From positions 11,500 through 75,499 of the forward strand of contig JAHZIT010000042.1 in assembly GCA_022601275.1 (NCBI GenBank): DNA of 64,000 nucleotides, given 5' to 3'. Below, piece after piece: positions 1 to 10,248 of the stretch (position 1 is the stretch's first letter; each line of letters begins with the position of its first letter). This DNA is from Actinomycetes bacterium (GTDB lineage: Bacteria > Actinomycetota > Actinomycetes > Mycobacteriales > Mycobacteriaceae). The notes under the pieces are model-generated. The model saw only the letters and a program-made list of their open reading frames with translations. It ran no database searches and was not told where the DNA came from. The position numbers and the translations under genes are program-made.

Positions 1-1242
1 CGGCCATGTCGCCGGGCAGGCGCGAATCATCTTGCGGTCGGTGGCCAGCCCGCTGAGCTGATCGAACGCGTCGACCTTCGGTGGCGGCTGGGCGGTCGTG
101 GGCGCGAGCACGACGTCGGCCAGGTTGAAGATCCACCCGATTCGCTCCTGGGACGCTGCCTCGTGGGCGCGTGCCTTGCGCAGAATGTGTTGTGAGAGCA
201 GCCGCCCCATCAGGGCATTGGACCGTGTGCGTTTGTCCAGCCTCACTTGGGGACCCAGGAGCTCAATCCACTCCAGGATGCCCGCGGTGGAGCGGGCCAG
301 GAAATTCCACGACATGCGCAGGCCATAGTCGGGGTCGGCGGCCACCACGGTGTGGCCCAACTGTTCGAGTCGGCCGGCGACCACCTCCAGCGCTGCGCGG
401 ATCTCGGGGTGCAGATCGGCCCGGAAACCAGTGAAGGGAAACCCCGTGGACAGCGCGATCCGCAGTGGTCCCGGTGCCCGGGACACGAAGGATGAAGCAC
501 GCACGGGAGCTGGCTTGTGCAGATCGCCGGGCGCGTTGCCCGATGCGGCGTCGAGCACCAGCGCCGCGTCGGCCACGGTGCGGGCCAACACGCCGTTGAC
601 GGTGATGCCGTTGAACGCCTCGGCACGCGGCCAGGTCGAGATACGTCCCCGTTGCGGCTTGATCCCGACCAGATGCGTCCAGGCAGCCGGAATGCGCACG
701 CTGCCTGCCCCGTCGGAGCCGATCGCGGCGGCCACCAGCCCTGCCGCGACCGCCGCGGCGCTGCCGCCTGACGAACCGCCCGGGGTGTGCTCTCGCGACC
801 ATGGGTTACGGGTATGTCCGAACGCGGGTCCACTGGTGAACGGCCACTGGCCCAGTTCGCAGGTGTTGGTCTTACCGACGATTACTGCACCGGCCGCCCG
901 CAGCCGCCGGACCACCTCTGCGTCGGTATCGGCAATCTGCACTTCGCCCTCGGCGCCGAACCTGGTGGGTACGCCGGCGATGTCGACGTCGTCCTTGACG
1001 GCGATCGGGATGCCCAGCAACGGAAGCTGCGAAATATCTTGGCCCGCCGCACGTCTACGGTCGGCGGCTGCCGCGTCGACGAGGGCCTGGTCGGTGAGCA
1101 CCACGCGGAAGGCGTTGAGGGTGGCCTGGCTGGCCTCGATGGCTTCCAAAGATCGGCGGACCAGTTCGCTGGACGTGGAGGCGCCACTGGCCAGCTGATA
1201 GAGCTGGTAGGTGAGGGTGGGGAAGCTGGGGGTTTCGGGCAT
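1..1242 (-). CDS. amiA2: amidase-signature family amidase, N-terminal 414 codons; the C-terminus lies beyond the window start
   Basis: Absent from the ORF track because there is no stop inside the window. Plus-strand triplets 1-3, 4-6 ... 1240-1242 contain no tta/cta/tca, so the minus frame is open up to ATG (cat 1240-1242). Translation starts MPETPSFPTLTYQLYQLASGASTSSELVRRSLEAIEAS. It contains IPIAVKDDVD, KTNTCELGQWP and the amidase signature GGSSGGSAAAVAAGLVAAAIGSDGAGSVRIP (about 680-780). It is divergent from recO, as amiA2/recO are in M. tuberculosis. Confidence 0.85.
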   Translation of the reverse strand, partial: MPETPSFPTLTYQLYQLASGASTSSELVRRSLEAIEASQATLNAFRVVLTDQALVDAAAADRRRAAGQDISQLPLLGIPIAVKDDVDIAGVPTRFGAEGEVQIADTDAEVVRRLRAAGAVIVGKTNTCELGQWPFTSGPAFGHTRNPWSREHTPGGSSGGSAAAVAAGLVAAAIGSDGAGSVRIPAAWTHLVGIKPQRGRISTWPRAEAFNGITVNGVLARTVADAALVLDAASGNAPGDLHKPAPVRASSFVSRAPGPLRIALSTGFPFTGFRADLHPEIRAALEVVAGRLEQLGHTVVAADPDYGLRMSWNFLARSTAGILEWIELLGPQVRLDKRTRSNALMGRLLSQHILRKARAHEAASQERIGWIFNLADVVLAPTTAQPPPKVDAFDQLSGLATDRKMIRACPATWP

Positions 1243-1304
1243 CACTTTCAGAGTATCGGCGCTGCGGGACCGGTTTCGTCGGTTGACAGTGGGAGACTGG
1301 TCGA

Positions 1305-2162
1305 ATGCGTCTGTATCGGGATCGAGCGCTGGTGTTGCGCCAGCACAAGCTCGGCGAAGCCGACCGCATTGTGACCCTACTCACGCGTGATAACGGTTTG
1401 GTGCGGGCGGTGGCCAAAGGGGTGCGGCGCACCCGCAGTAAGTTCGGCGCGAGGCTGGAACCGTTCGCGCACATTGACGTTCAGTTGCATCCGGGTCGCA
1501 ATCTCGACATCGTCACCCAGGTTCAGGCGATCGATTCGTTCGCCTCGGACATCGTCTGTGATTACGGCCGCTACACCTGCGCCTGCGCGATGCTGGAAAC
1601 AGCAGAGCGGCTCGCCGGCGAGGAGCGCGCCCCGGTACCCGCGCTGCACCGGTTGACGGTGGCCGCGCTGCGGGCGGTGGCCGACGCCGGGCGCCCCCGT
1701 GAACTCGTCCTGGACGCCTACCTGCTGCGTGCGATGGGGATCACCGGGTGGGCGCCGTCATTGACCGAATGCGCCCGGTGTGCGACCCCGGGACCGCACC
1801 GGGCGTTCCATGTCGCGGCGGGCGGAAGTGTATGCGTGCACTGCCGACCGTCGGGGTCAGTGACGCCGCCGCAGGGTGTGCTGGACTTGATGGCCGCGCT
1901 CTACGAGGGTGAATGGGACCAAGCGCAGGCGTCCTCGCCGCAGCACCGCAGCCAGGCCAGCGGGCTCGTGGCGGCGCACCTGCAGTGGCATCTGGAACGG
2001 CAGCTGCGGACGTTACCGCTGGTCGAGCGAGTGTATCGAGCGGATCGCGCAGGCAACGAGCGTGGTGTTCGGGTGATAGGGCAGGGCATCGGGCAGGATA
2101 TGGCGCATGGCAATCAAGCGGACGGGGAAGAACAGCTATCCGCAGCTGCCCCCGGCGCCTGA
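1305..2162 (+). CDS. recO: DNA repair protein RecO
   Basis: The N-terminus [42 protein letters not shown] is the canonical RecO OB-fold start. A CxxC...CxxC zinc motif is present (ECARCATPG...SVCVHCRP). The 3' end overlaps uppS by 56 nt. Confidence 0.9.
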   Translation: MRLYRDRALVLRQHKLGEADRIVTLLTRDNGLVRAVAKGVRRTRSKFGARLEPFAHIDVQLHPGRNLDIVTQVQAIDSFASDIVCDYGRYTCACAMLETAERLAGEERAPVPALHRLTVAALRAVADAGRPRELVLDAYLLRAMGITGWAPSLTECARCATPGPHRAFHVAAGGSVCVHCRPSGSVTPPQGVLDLMAALYEGEWDQAQASSPQHRSQASGLVAAHLQWHLERQLRTLPLVERVYRADRAGNERGVRVIGQGIGQDMAHGNQADGEEQLSAAAPGA

Positions 2163-2991
2163 GGACTACCCCACTTTCCCGGACAAGTCGACCTGGCCTG
2201 TCGTCTTCCCAGAGTTGCCGGCCCGCACCAACGGCGAGTTCGCCCGCCCACCGCAACACACCTCCAAGGCCGCTGCGCCGCAGATTCCAGCCGACCAGGT
2301 GCCCAATCACGTCGCGGTGGTAATGGATGGCAACGGACGGTGGGCCACCCAGCGCGGGTTGGGCCGCACCGAAGGTCACAAGATGGGTGAGGCGGTGCTC
2401 ATCGACATCACCTGCGGGGCTATCGAGATCGGCGTCAAACACCTCACGGTGTATGCGTTTTCCACCGAGAACTGGAAACGCAGCACCGAGGAGGTCCGGT
2501 TTCTGATGGGCTTCAACCGAGAGGTGGTGCGACGACGCCGGGAGAACCTCAACGACATGGGCGTGCGGATGCGCTGGGTCGGCTCGCGGCCCAGGATGTG
2601 GCGCAGCGTCACCAAGGAGTTCGACATCGCCGAGCAGATGACCGTCGACAACGACGTCATCACGATCAACTATTGCGTGAACTACGGTGGTCGCACCGAG
2701 ATCGTGGAGGCGGCAAGCGAACTCGCACGGCAGGCGGTGGAGGGAAAGATCAACCCGGACCGCATCACCGAGGCGATGTTCGCCAAGCGCCTGCACCGCC
2801 CCGACATTCCGGACGTCGACCTGTTCATCCGAACCTCGGGGGAGCGGCGGGCGAGCAACTTCCTGCTCTGGCAGGCGGCCTACGCCGAGTACGTTTTCCA
2901 GGACAAGCTCTGGCCCGACTATGACCGCCGAGACCTATGGGCCGCGTGCGAGGAGTATGTCAACCGCAACCGCCGCTTCGGCAGGGCCTGA
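2107..2991 (+). CDS. uppS: cis-prenyltransferase, decaprenyl/undecaprenyl diphosphate synthase
   Basis: Hallmark motifs [15 protein letters not shown] and [22 protein letters not shown] are present. It has the Pro-rich N-terminal extension ([16 protein letters not shown]) typical of the mycobacterial long-chain enzyme. Confidence 0.92.
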   Translation: MAIKRTGKNSYPQLPPAPEDYPTFPDKSTWPVVFPELPARTNGEFARPPQHTSKAAAPQIPADQVPNHVAVVMDGNGRWATQRGLGRTEGHKMGEAVLIDITCGAIEIGVKHLTVYAFSTENWKRSTEEVRFLMGFNREVVRRRRENLNDMGVRMRWVGSRPRMWRSVTKEFDIAEQMTVDNDVITINYCVNYGGRTEIVEAASELARQAVEGKINPDRITEAMFAKRLHRPDIPDVDLFIRTSGERRASNFLLWQAAYAEYVFQDKLWPDYDRRDLWAACEEYVNRNRRFGRA

Positions 2992-2998
2992 GATCGCG

Positions 2999-3457
2999 AT
3001 GGGAGATTCGAGGGAATTGCCGGAGCGGCTCACCGCTGCGCTGGAGGAGATTCTTCCCGTTCAGCACGAGGATGACGGCGCGCTGACTGTGCATCACGAC
3101 GACACCTTCGCCTCACTGCGGGTGGTCACCATCGCCGAGGGCCTCGATCTTGTGTCGCTCACCCAGGTTCTGGCGTGGGATCTGCCGCTGGACAGAAAGA
3201 TTCGCGCCAGGGTCGCCAAGCATGCGCATGAAACGCTGCTGGGCACGGTGTCGCTGGTGGAGAAAGTCGGCCCCGACAGAATCGATCCGCAGACAACCGA
3301 AACCGAGAGGGCCCCGTCCGCGAAATCCGCAGACGTGCTGTTGCGCTACAACTTCCCGGCCGCCGGCCTGACCGATGATGCCCTGCGCACGCTGGTCCTG
3401 ATGGTGTTGGCCACCGGCGCTGACGTGCGACGCGGACTGGTGGGTCGCAAGCCCTAG
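2999..3457 (+). CDS. conserved hypothetical acidic protein (152 aa)
   Basis: ATG at 2999 lies inside ORF 2687-3457; the upstream part of that ORF is only the alternative frame of uppS. Its position between uppS and zur matches a small conserved hypothetical in M. tuberculosis (Rv2360c, as I recall). I recognise no motif. Confidence 0.6.
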   Translation: MGDSRELPERLTAALEEILPVQHEDDGALTVHHDDTFASLRVVTIAEGLDLVSLTQVLAWDLPLDRKIRARVAKHAHETLLGTVSLVEKVGPDRIDPQTTETERAPSAKSADVLLRYNFPAAGLTDDALRTLVLMVLATGADVRRGLVGRKP

Positions 3458-3861
3458 CGGTCCGACGCGGCGGCGATCCCGCACCCGCCGCAGATGCCGA
3501 AGATCTCGATGGTGTGGCTGACGTCGGAGAAGCCGTGTTCGTTGGCCACCTCGGCGGCCCAGGTTTCGACCTGACCGCCCTGAATTTCGATGGCTGAACC
3601 GCACTTCCGGCAGACGAGGTGGTGATGGTGGTGCTCTGAGCAGCGGCGATACACCGACTCGCCGGTATCGGTGCGTAGCGTGTCGACGAGGCCGGCCGCG
3701 GCCATCTGCTGCAGAGTGCGGTAGACGGTGGTGAGGCCGATGCCCTCTCCGCGCCGCCGCAATTCGTCGTGCAGGTCCTGGGCGGAACGGAATTCGTCGA
3801 GGTTTTCCAGAAGTGCCGTGATTGCCGCGCGCTGGCGCGTCGCCCGGATGGTCCCGGTCAC
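3454..3861 (-). CDS. zur: zinc uptake regulator, Fur family
   Basis: Fur-type winged helix (GLTTVYRTLQQMAAAGLV), His/Cys cluster CSEHHHHHLVCRKCG and C-terminal CGGCG. Its start overlaps the stop of the upstream ArsR gene (3858-3861). Confidence 0.9.
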   Translation of the reverse strand: MTGTIRATRQRAAITALLENLDEFRSAQDLHDELRRRGEGIGLTTVYRTLQQMAAAGLVDTLRTDTGESVYRRCSEHHHHHLVCRKCGSAIEIQGGQVETWAAEVANEHGFSDVSHTIEIFGICGGCGIAAASDR

Positions 3862-4238
3862 TGTCCGATTTCCTCGTCCTCGGCAGCATGCGTCACGGCG
3901 GCGATCACGATGTCGGCCAGATGATGATCGACCAAGCGATACAACACTTCCCGGCCTGAACGGGCCCCGTCCACGACGCCGGCGGCCTTGAGAATCCGCA
4001 GGTGCTGGCTGACCAGCGGTTGCGCAACATCCAACGCGTCCACCAGTTCGTGGACGCAGCGCGCGTCCTCGCGCAGTTGCAGCACGATGGCGATGCGCAC
4101 GGGCGCGGCCAATGCGCGCAGCAGATCACCCGCTCTGTCGAGGACCGCCTGAGCTGGCGCCTCGCGCGCCGGCGCGCCGGCTTGCAGATGTGGGTCATGT
4201 CCGGCCGGCGCATCAGCCATAGTGGAAACGGTTGTCAT
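3858..4238 (-). CDS. smtB: ArsR/SmtB-family metalloregulator
   Basis: ArsR HTH core LRALAAPVRIAIVLQLREDARCVHELVDAL...VSQHLRILKAAGVV. I moved the start to ATG 4238 (MTTVSTMADAP), giving 126 aa. The longer track ORF (to 4382) runs into the glyS start region. Confidence 0.85.
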   Translation of the reverse strand: MTTVSTMADAPAGHDPHLQAGAPAREAPAQAVLDRAGDLLRALAAPVRIAIVLQLREDARCVHELVDALDVAQPLVSQHLRILKAAGVVDGARSGREVLYRLVDHHLADIVIAAVTHAAEDEEIGQ

Positions 4239-4251
4239 CAAAGTCCACGAT

Positions 4252-4271
4252 ACATGCGCAACCGCGCATGT
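4252..4271. promoter_or_regulatory. perfect 8-4-8 inverted repeat ACATGCGC-AACC-GCGCATGT in the smtB/glyS divergent promoter region
   Basis: Read directly from the sequence, 14 nt upstream of the smtB start codon. It is a candidate SmtB (or Zur) operator. Confidence 0.5.
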
Positions 4272-4335
4272 CAATCGTCCGACCGCCTTCGCCTGCGGCA
4301 CAGGCGCTCGGCGGACCTCGCTACGCTGTTGAGCC

Positions 4336-5745
<1,410 letters not shown>

Positions 5746-5754
5746 CCGGTCAGG

Positions 5755-6636
5755 TCAAGAAGGCTGCCGTGCCACGATCACCGGAGCTTCGGCCGCCTCT
5801 ACCACCGATGCGCTCACTGAACCGAGCATCATTCTGGCGAATCCACCGCGGCCGTGGCTTCCCACGACGATGAGCTGCGCCCGGTCGGATTGGTCGACCA
5901 GCCAACTGCCCGCCCCCTGCCGGATCAGCGTGGGGGTCACGTGTACGTCCGGGTACCTGTCCCGCCAGCCGGCCAGGCGCTCGCTCAGTGCCTCTGCGCC
6001 TTCCTGCTCGTCGATCGTCCAGTTGAGGTGCGTGCTAGAGATGAGGCGATCGGCCCACGCATGCATGGCGATCAACGGAGCGTGTCGATGCGTAGCCTCG
6101 TCGAACGCGATCGCGGTGGCGAGTTCCGAGGTCGGCGAACCGTCGACGCCGAGCAGGATCGGTGTGTGAACGTCGGGTTCAGCGTGCTCCTCGGGAATCA
6201 CCGCAACCGGGCGGTGGGCGTGACGTACCAGGCCGCTGCTGACCGAGCCGAGCGTCATCCGGCCCAGTGATCCTCTGCCACGGCGACCCACCACCACCAT
6301 CCTCTTGTCCTGTGATGAGTCGATCAGGGTGGCCAGCGGATGGCCGAACACGAACTCGAGGTGCACCTCGCGCAACTTGCGGTCGCCGAGTTCTTCGTCG
6401 ATGAGCTGCCGAGCGGCCGCCAGAATCTGGTCGCCTTCCTCGCGCTGCGCGCGGCGATGCTCCACCAACACCTCCGTTTGGGAGCTACGCGAGTCCTGGT
6501 GCTCGGCGACCGCCAATACCTTCAGGGCTTCGCCATGCATCGCGGCTTCCCGCACGGCCCACCGCACGGCGGCATCGGAGTACGGGGAACCGTCGATACC
6601 GACCAGAATTCCGGAACTCTCTGCGGTCCCTGTCAT
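5755..6636 (-). CDS. tandem universal stress protein (two UspA domains)
   Basis: Two repeats, each starting xLVGxDGSP and carrying the ATP-type motif VVGxxGRGxxxxxxLGSVS (VVGRRGRGSLGRMTLGSVS; VVGSHGRGGFARMMLGSVS). I placed the start at ATG 6636, which is preceded by GGAGG. Confidence 0.85.
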   Translation of the reverse strand: MTGTAESSGILVGIDGSPYSDAAVRWAVREAAMHGEALKVLAVAEHQDSRSSQTEVLVEHRRAQREEGDQILAAARQLIDEELGDRKLREVHLEFVFGHPLATLIDSSQDKRMVVVGRRGRGSLGRMTLGSVSSGLVRHAHRPVAVIPEEHAEPDVHTPILLGVDGSPTSELATAIAFDEATHRHAPLIAMHAWADRLISSTHLNWTIDEQEGAEALSERLAGWRDRYPDVHVTPTLIRQGAGSWLVDQSDRAQLIVVGSHGRGGFARMMLGSVSASVVEAAEAPVIVARQPS

Positions 6637-6804
6637 CTCGCCACCTCCGCGGGCGTTTCGGGTGCCTGCCGCCGGACGGTGCTCCGCCCCGAGGCTCAAC
6701 ACCTCTTGTCTTGACTCCAATGCTTGGGGAACGGCCGCCGCAAGTCTGGAGTACTAGGTCACCTTATCGGGCGCCGTTGGTCCCGGAGACGGTTACGCGT
6801 GCGC

Positions 6805-8871
6805 TCAGAACCGGCCGCCGCCACCGCCGTAGCTGCGGCCCGATGACCGAGACGATCCGCCGTAGGACGTCGGGCGCCCGGAGCTCCGTCCGCCCCCGAA
6901 TCCGCCCCCGAAGCCCCCGCCGAAGCCGCGACCGAGACCGCCGCGGCCACCACGCATGGCGCCGCCGAGGATGTTGCCGATCAGGATGCCGCCGATGACC
7001 GCGCCGATATCCGCGCCGCCGCCGCGGCGTCCACCGCCCCCGCCCCAGCCTGACGTGTAGGAACGTTGAGCCGACCGCACGTCTCCGTTGGCCAGTGACT
7101 GTGCCTGGGCGGCGAGCATCGATGCTCCATTGGCGTGTGCTACGGCCTCACTGAGGTTGGTCGCCTTCTTGTCCCGGGCTGCCTGCAGCTGGCGGACCGC
7201 TTCGGCCAGGCGCGTACGGGCCTCGGGGCCGATGCTGCCGCGCCTGGTGTCGATGAAATCCGAAACCCCGCGGACCCGGGACTGGGCGGTCAGCAGTGCT
7301 TGGTCGTAGGCGCGGTTCAGCCGTTCGACGGCGGCGCGCTCCTCGGCAACGCTGGCCAGTAGCCGGTCGAGATCGGCATCGGCCTTGGTCAGCCTGGTGA
7401 ACACGCCCAGTGGATCGGTGCTGCCATTTCGCTGGGCGTCATCGACGGCCTTGGTCGCCGCGTTGCGGGCCGCCTCCAACTCCGCTCGCTGCGTACTGTT
7501 ACTCCGTCCCAATTGCGCTGCGGCTTCGGCGATGCCGTTCTGGATGTCGGTGATCGCCGAAGGCAGGGCGCCCACTGCCCGGTTGATGTCGGTGCCCACG
7601 GAGTCGATCGCGTCGAGCAGCGAACGCGCCTGGCCCAACGATGATTCGGCCGCGTGAATCGCATCGACGAGTCCGGTCTGCTGACCGGTAGGCCGAGCGA
7701 CGAGGTCCCTGGCGCTGCTGATACTCCGGTCGGCGAAGGCCAGTCGTTCCTTGGCGGTAGCCGGGTTGTCGGCGACCGATGTCAGCGCAGCGGGGTCGAA
7801 CTGGTTGCGCAGTGCCGCCAGCGCCTCCTCGGACGGCGCCATGCGGGCGGTGAGCTCGACCATGTCCCGGGTCAACCCGTCGAGCCGGCTGGGTGCGTGG
7901 ATGACCAGGTCACGCAACTTCTCGAACGCGTCACTCTGAGCCTCCAGTTCCTGATCGGCCTTCGCGGCGGCGACGATCACCCTGGTCAAAAGGTCACGGC
8001 GTTGCTGGGGCGTCTCGGGCACCGTGTCGTCGAGGATCTGACGCACATTGAACGCCTGGGCCAATGTCTTTCGCGCATTGCCGACCGCCCGACTGAACGG
8101 CTCCGTCCTGGCGTCGCCGAATTCTTGGACAGCCAGAGCCAGTTCGCTTTCGCTGGTGCGCACGGCGTTGTCGACATCAACGACGATGGCTTTGCTCAGG
8201 TCGTCGAGCGCATCGATGGGCACCGCTGCCAGCGCGCTGGGATCGGCGGGATCCACTCGCCGGGCCGCGGCGAAATCGGCCTCACGGCGCTTGGCTCGCC
8301 GCCGCCGCATCCACAGCCACATTATGAACACCGCGACGCCCAGTACTGCCATCACGGTCAGGAACGCGGGCCATGAAATACCTGAACCAGTCCCCGTGGA
8401 AGAGCCCGACGCAGCTGCGGTTCCCATGCCGTCGGCGGCGGCCACCGCTGCGCCGGCCAGGTCGTCGCGTCGCAGCGCCGGCTCGATCACATCCCGCTGC
8501 AACGCGTTGGCCTTGGTCTGGGACATGATGGCCAGCGGCACCTGGAAGGCGTAGGCGCGTTCCATGGTGGCCACCGCCAGCAACGCATCGCGCTCCCCGA
8601 AGTCGCTGAGCTGCATCGTGGTTTGCGCCCAGGCCTGTGCCGGCTGCCCGAAGGTGTCGACGTACACCACCCAGAGGCGAATGCGCTCTTCGTCGTAGAG
8701 GCGCGCCAGCGCGTCCTCCACTTGTGCGCGCTGCAACGGAGACAGCGCGCCCGAGTCGTCCGTGACGTAATCCGGGATGCGAAACGGCGGCTCCGCGGTT
8801 GCGACCGGCGCACAGAGAAACCCTGAGATCAGGACAGCGAGCAGCATGCCAAGCAGGCGGGGGACGTGCAT
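6805..8871 (-). CDS. membrane protein: signal peptide + TPM domain + TM + long helical region + Gly-rich RGG/FGG tail
   Basis: N-terminal signal (MHVPRLLGMLLAVLISGFLCAPVATA), then a TPM-like segment (YVTDDSGALSPLQRAQVEDALARLYDEERIRLWVVYVDTF). A TM follows (WPAFLTVMAVLGVAVFIMWLWM), then about 400 aa rich in A/E/R/L/D. The tail is GWGGGGGRRGGG...GRGFGGGFGGGFGGGRSSGR...GGGGGRF. It is divergent from dgt, as Rv2345 is in M. tuberculosis. Confidence 0.8.
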   Translation of the reverse strand: MHVPRLLGMLLAVLISGFLCAPVATAEPPFRIPDYVTDDSGALSPLQRAQVEDALARLYDEERIRLWVVYVDTFGQPAQAWAQTTMQLSDFGERDALLAVATMERAYAFQVPLAIMSQTKANALQRDVIEPALRRDDLAGAAVAAADGMGTAAASGSSTGTGSGISWPAFLTVMAVLGVAVFIMWLWMRRRRAKRREADFAAARRVDPADPSALAAVPIDALDDLSKAIVVDVDNAVRTSESELALAVQEFGDARTEPFSRAVGNARKTLAQAFNVRQILDDTVPETPQQRRDLLTRVIVAAAKADQELEAQSDAFEKLRDLVIHAPSRLDGLTRDMVELTARMAPSEEALAALRNQFDPAALTSVADNPATAKERLAFADRSISSARDLVARPTGQQTGLVDAIHAAESSLGQARSLLDAIDSVGTDINRAVGALPSAITDIQNGIAEAAAQLGRSNSTQRAELEAARNAATKAVDDAQRNGSTDPLGVFTRLTKADADLDRLLASVAEERAAVERLNRAYDQALLTAQSRVRGVSDFIDTRRGSIGPEARTRLAEAVRQLQAARDKKATNLSEAVAHANGASMLAAQAQSLANGDVRSAQRSYTSGWGGGGGRRGGGADIGAVIGGILIGNILGGAMRGGRGGLGRGFGGGFGGGFGGGRSSGRPTSYGGSSRSSGRSYGGGGGRF

Positions 8872-8885
8872 GAGGCCAATCTAGT

Positions 8886-8903
8886 GCCGCGCATCTGCGC
8901 GGC
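8886..8903. promoter_or_regulatory. perfect 8-2-8 palindrome GCCGCGCA-TC-TGCGCGGC between the TPM-protein gene and dgt
   Basis: Read directly; it lies in the 71-bp divergent intergenic region 8872-8942. Confidence 0.4.
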
Positions 8904-8942
8904 AGCTATTACCGGGGGATCGGCCTGGCAGACTATGCGTCG

Positions 8943-10217
8943 GTGGCCACTGATCTCACGCAATGTGATCCTTACAGCGAGTTCGACCGGCAGCGTCTGG
9001 TGGTCGAACCTCCCAAGGGTGCCGCGCTGCCGGGCACGGCCGCCGAGCACCGCACCGGTTTCGCGCGCGACCGCGCGCGGGTGTTGCACTCCGCGGCGTT
9101 CCGCCGGTTGGCCGACAAGACCCAGGTGGTCGGCCCGCGGCAGAGTGATACTCCGCGGACCCGGCTGACTCACTCGCTGGAGGTGGCGCAGATCGGCCGG
9201 GGCATGGCAGTGGGGCTGGGCGCCGACCCCGATCTCGTCGACCTGGCCGGGCTGGCGCACGACATCGGCCATCCACCGTATGGGCATAACGGGGAACGGG
9301 CGCTCAACCAGATCGCCCAAGAGTGCGGCGGGTTCGAGGGCAACGCGCAGAACTTTCGCATCCTGACCCGGCTGGAACCCAAAGTGCTTGACAACCGGGG
9401 AGCTCGGCCGCGCAGCGCGGGACTCAACCTGACCCGTGCCGCGCTGGACGCGGTGACGAAGTATCCGTGGTGCCGATCCTCGAAGAGCGGCAAGTTCGGC
9501 TTCTACCCAGACGACGCCGCAGCGGCAGATTGGGTCCGCGGAGACGCGCCCGACCGCAGGCCCTGCCTGGAAGCGCAAATCATGGACTGGGCCGACGACG
9601 TCGCCTACTCGGTGCACGATGTCGAGGACGGCGTGACCTCCGGGCGTATCGATCTGCGGGTTCTTGCCGACGACGTCGCGGTGAACGCATTGGGTCGGTT
9701 GGGGCAGTCGCACGGCATGGGTGGCGGGTTGGCGGCGGCGGACCTGGTCGAGGCGGCCGGTCGGCTGTCGTTGCTGCCCGCGGTGGCCGGGGTCGGCAAG
9801 TACGACGCCACGCTGTCGTCGGCGGTGGCGCTCAAGACGATGACCAGCGGACTGGTCGGCCGATTCGCATCATCGGCAATTGCCGCCACGCGCAACGCCT
9901 GCGGTCCAGGTCGATTGGTGCGCTATCGCACCGATCTCGAGGTGCCCACGCTGGTGCGCGCGGAGGTGGCGGTGCTGAAGATTCTCGCGCTGCAGTTCAT
10001 CATGTCCGACCCTCGGCATCTGGATTTGCAGGCGCGGCAGCGCGAACGAATCGAGGCGGTGGTCCAGTTCGTGCTGGCCGGCGCGCCGGAGACGCTGGAT
10101 CCCCTGTTCGTTCCCGACTTCATGGCCGCCGCCGATGACGGGGCGCGGATGCGGGTGGTCATCGACCAGGTGGCCTCGATCACCGAAGGTCGTCTGGAGC
10201 GGCTCGGACCCGCGTAG
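8943..10217 (+). CDS. dgt: dGTP triphosphohydrolase-like HD-domain protein
   Basis: [18 protein letters not shown] and [14 protein letters not shown] (HD motif). It sits immediately upstream of dnaG, as in other mycobacteria. Confidence 0.9.
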   Translation: MATDLTQCDPYSEFDRQRLVVEPPKGAALPGTAAEHRTGFARDRARVLHSAAFRRLADKTQVVGPRQSDTPRTRLTHSLEVAQIGRGMAVGLGADPDLVDLAGLAHDIGHPPYGHNGERALNQIAQECGGFEGNAQNFRILTRLEPKVLDNRGARPRSAGLNLTRAALDAVTKYPWCRSSKSGKFGFYPDDAAAADWVRGDAPDRRPCLEAQIMDWADDVAYSVHDVEDGVTSGRIDLRVLADDVAVNALGRLGQSHGMGGGLAAADLVEAAGRLSLLPAVAGVGKYDATLSSAVALKTMTSGLVGRFASSAIAATRNACGPGRLVRYRTDLEVPTLVRAEVAVLKILALQFIMSDPRHLDLQARQRERIEAVVQFVLAGAPETLDPLFVPDFMAAADDGARMRVVIDQVASITEGRLERLGPA

Positions 10218-10248
10218 GCGCTCCCGTCGCGGGCTCTAGACTGGCCGG

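Noticed and set aside
98-1474. Track ORFs over the first 1.5 kb (e.g. 350-1198 plus strand, 243-833 minus strand)
   Set aside because: All are alternative frames of the edge-truncated amidase gene. None has protein-like composition.
6637-6804. DosR box upstream of the tandem USP gene
   Set aside because: I looked for GGGACT-N4-AGTCCC-like dyads. I found only isolated GGTCCC/GGGAC half-sites and no dyad.
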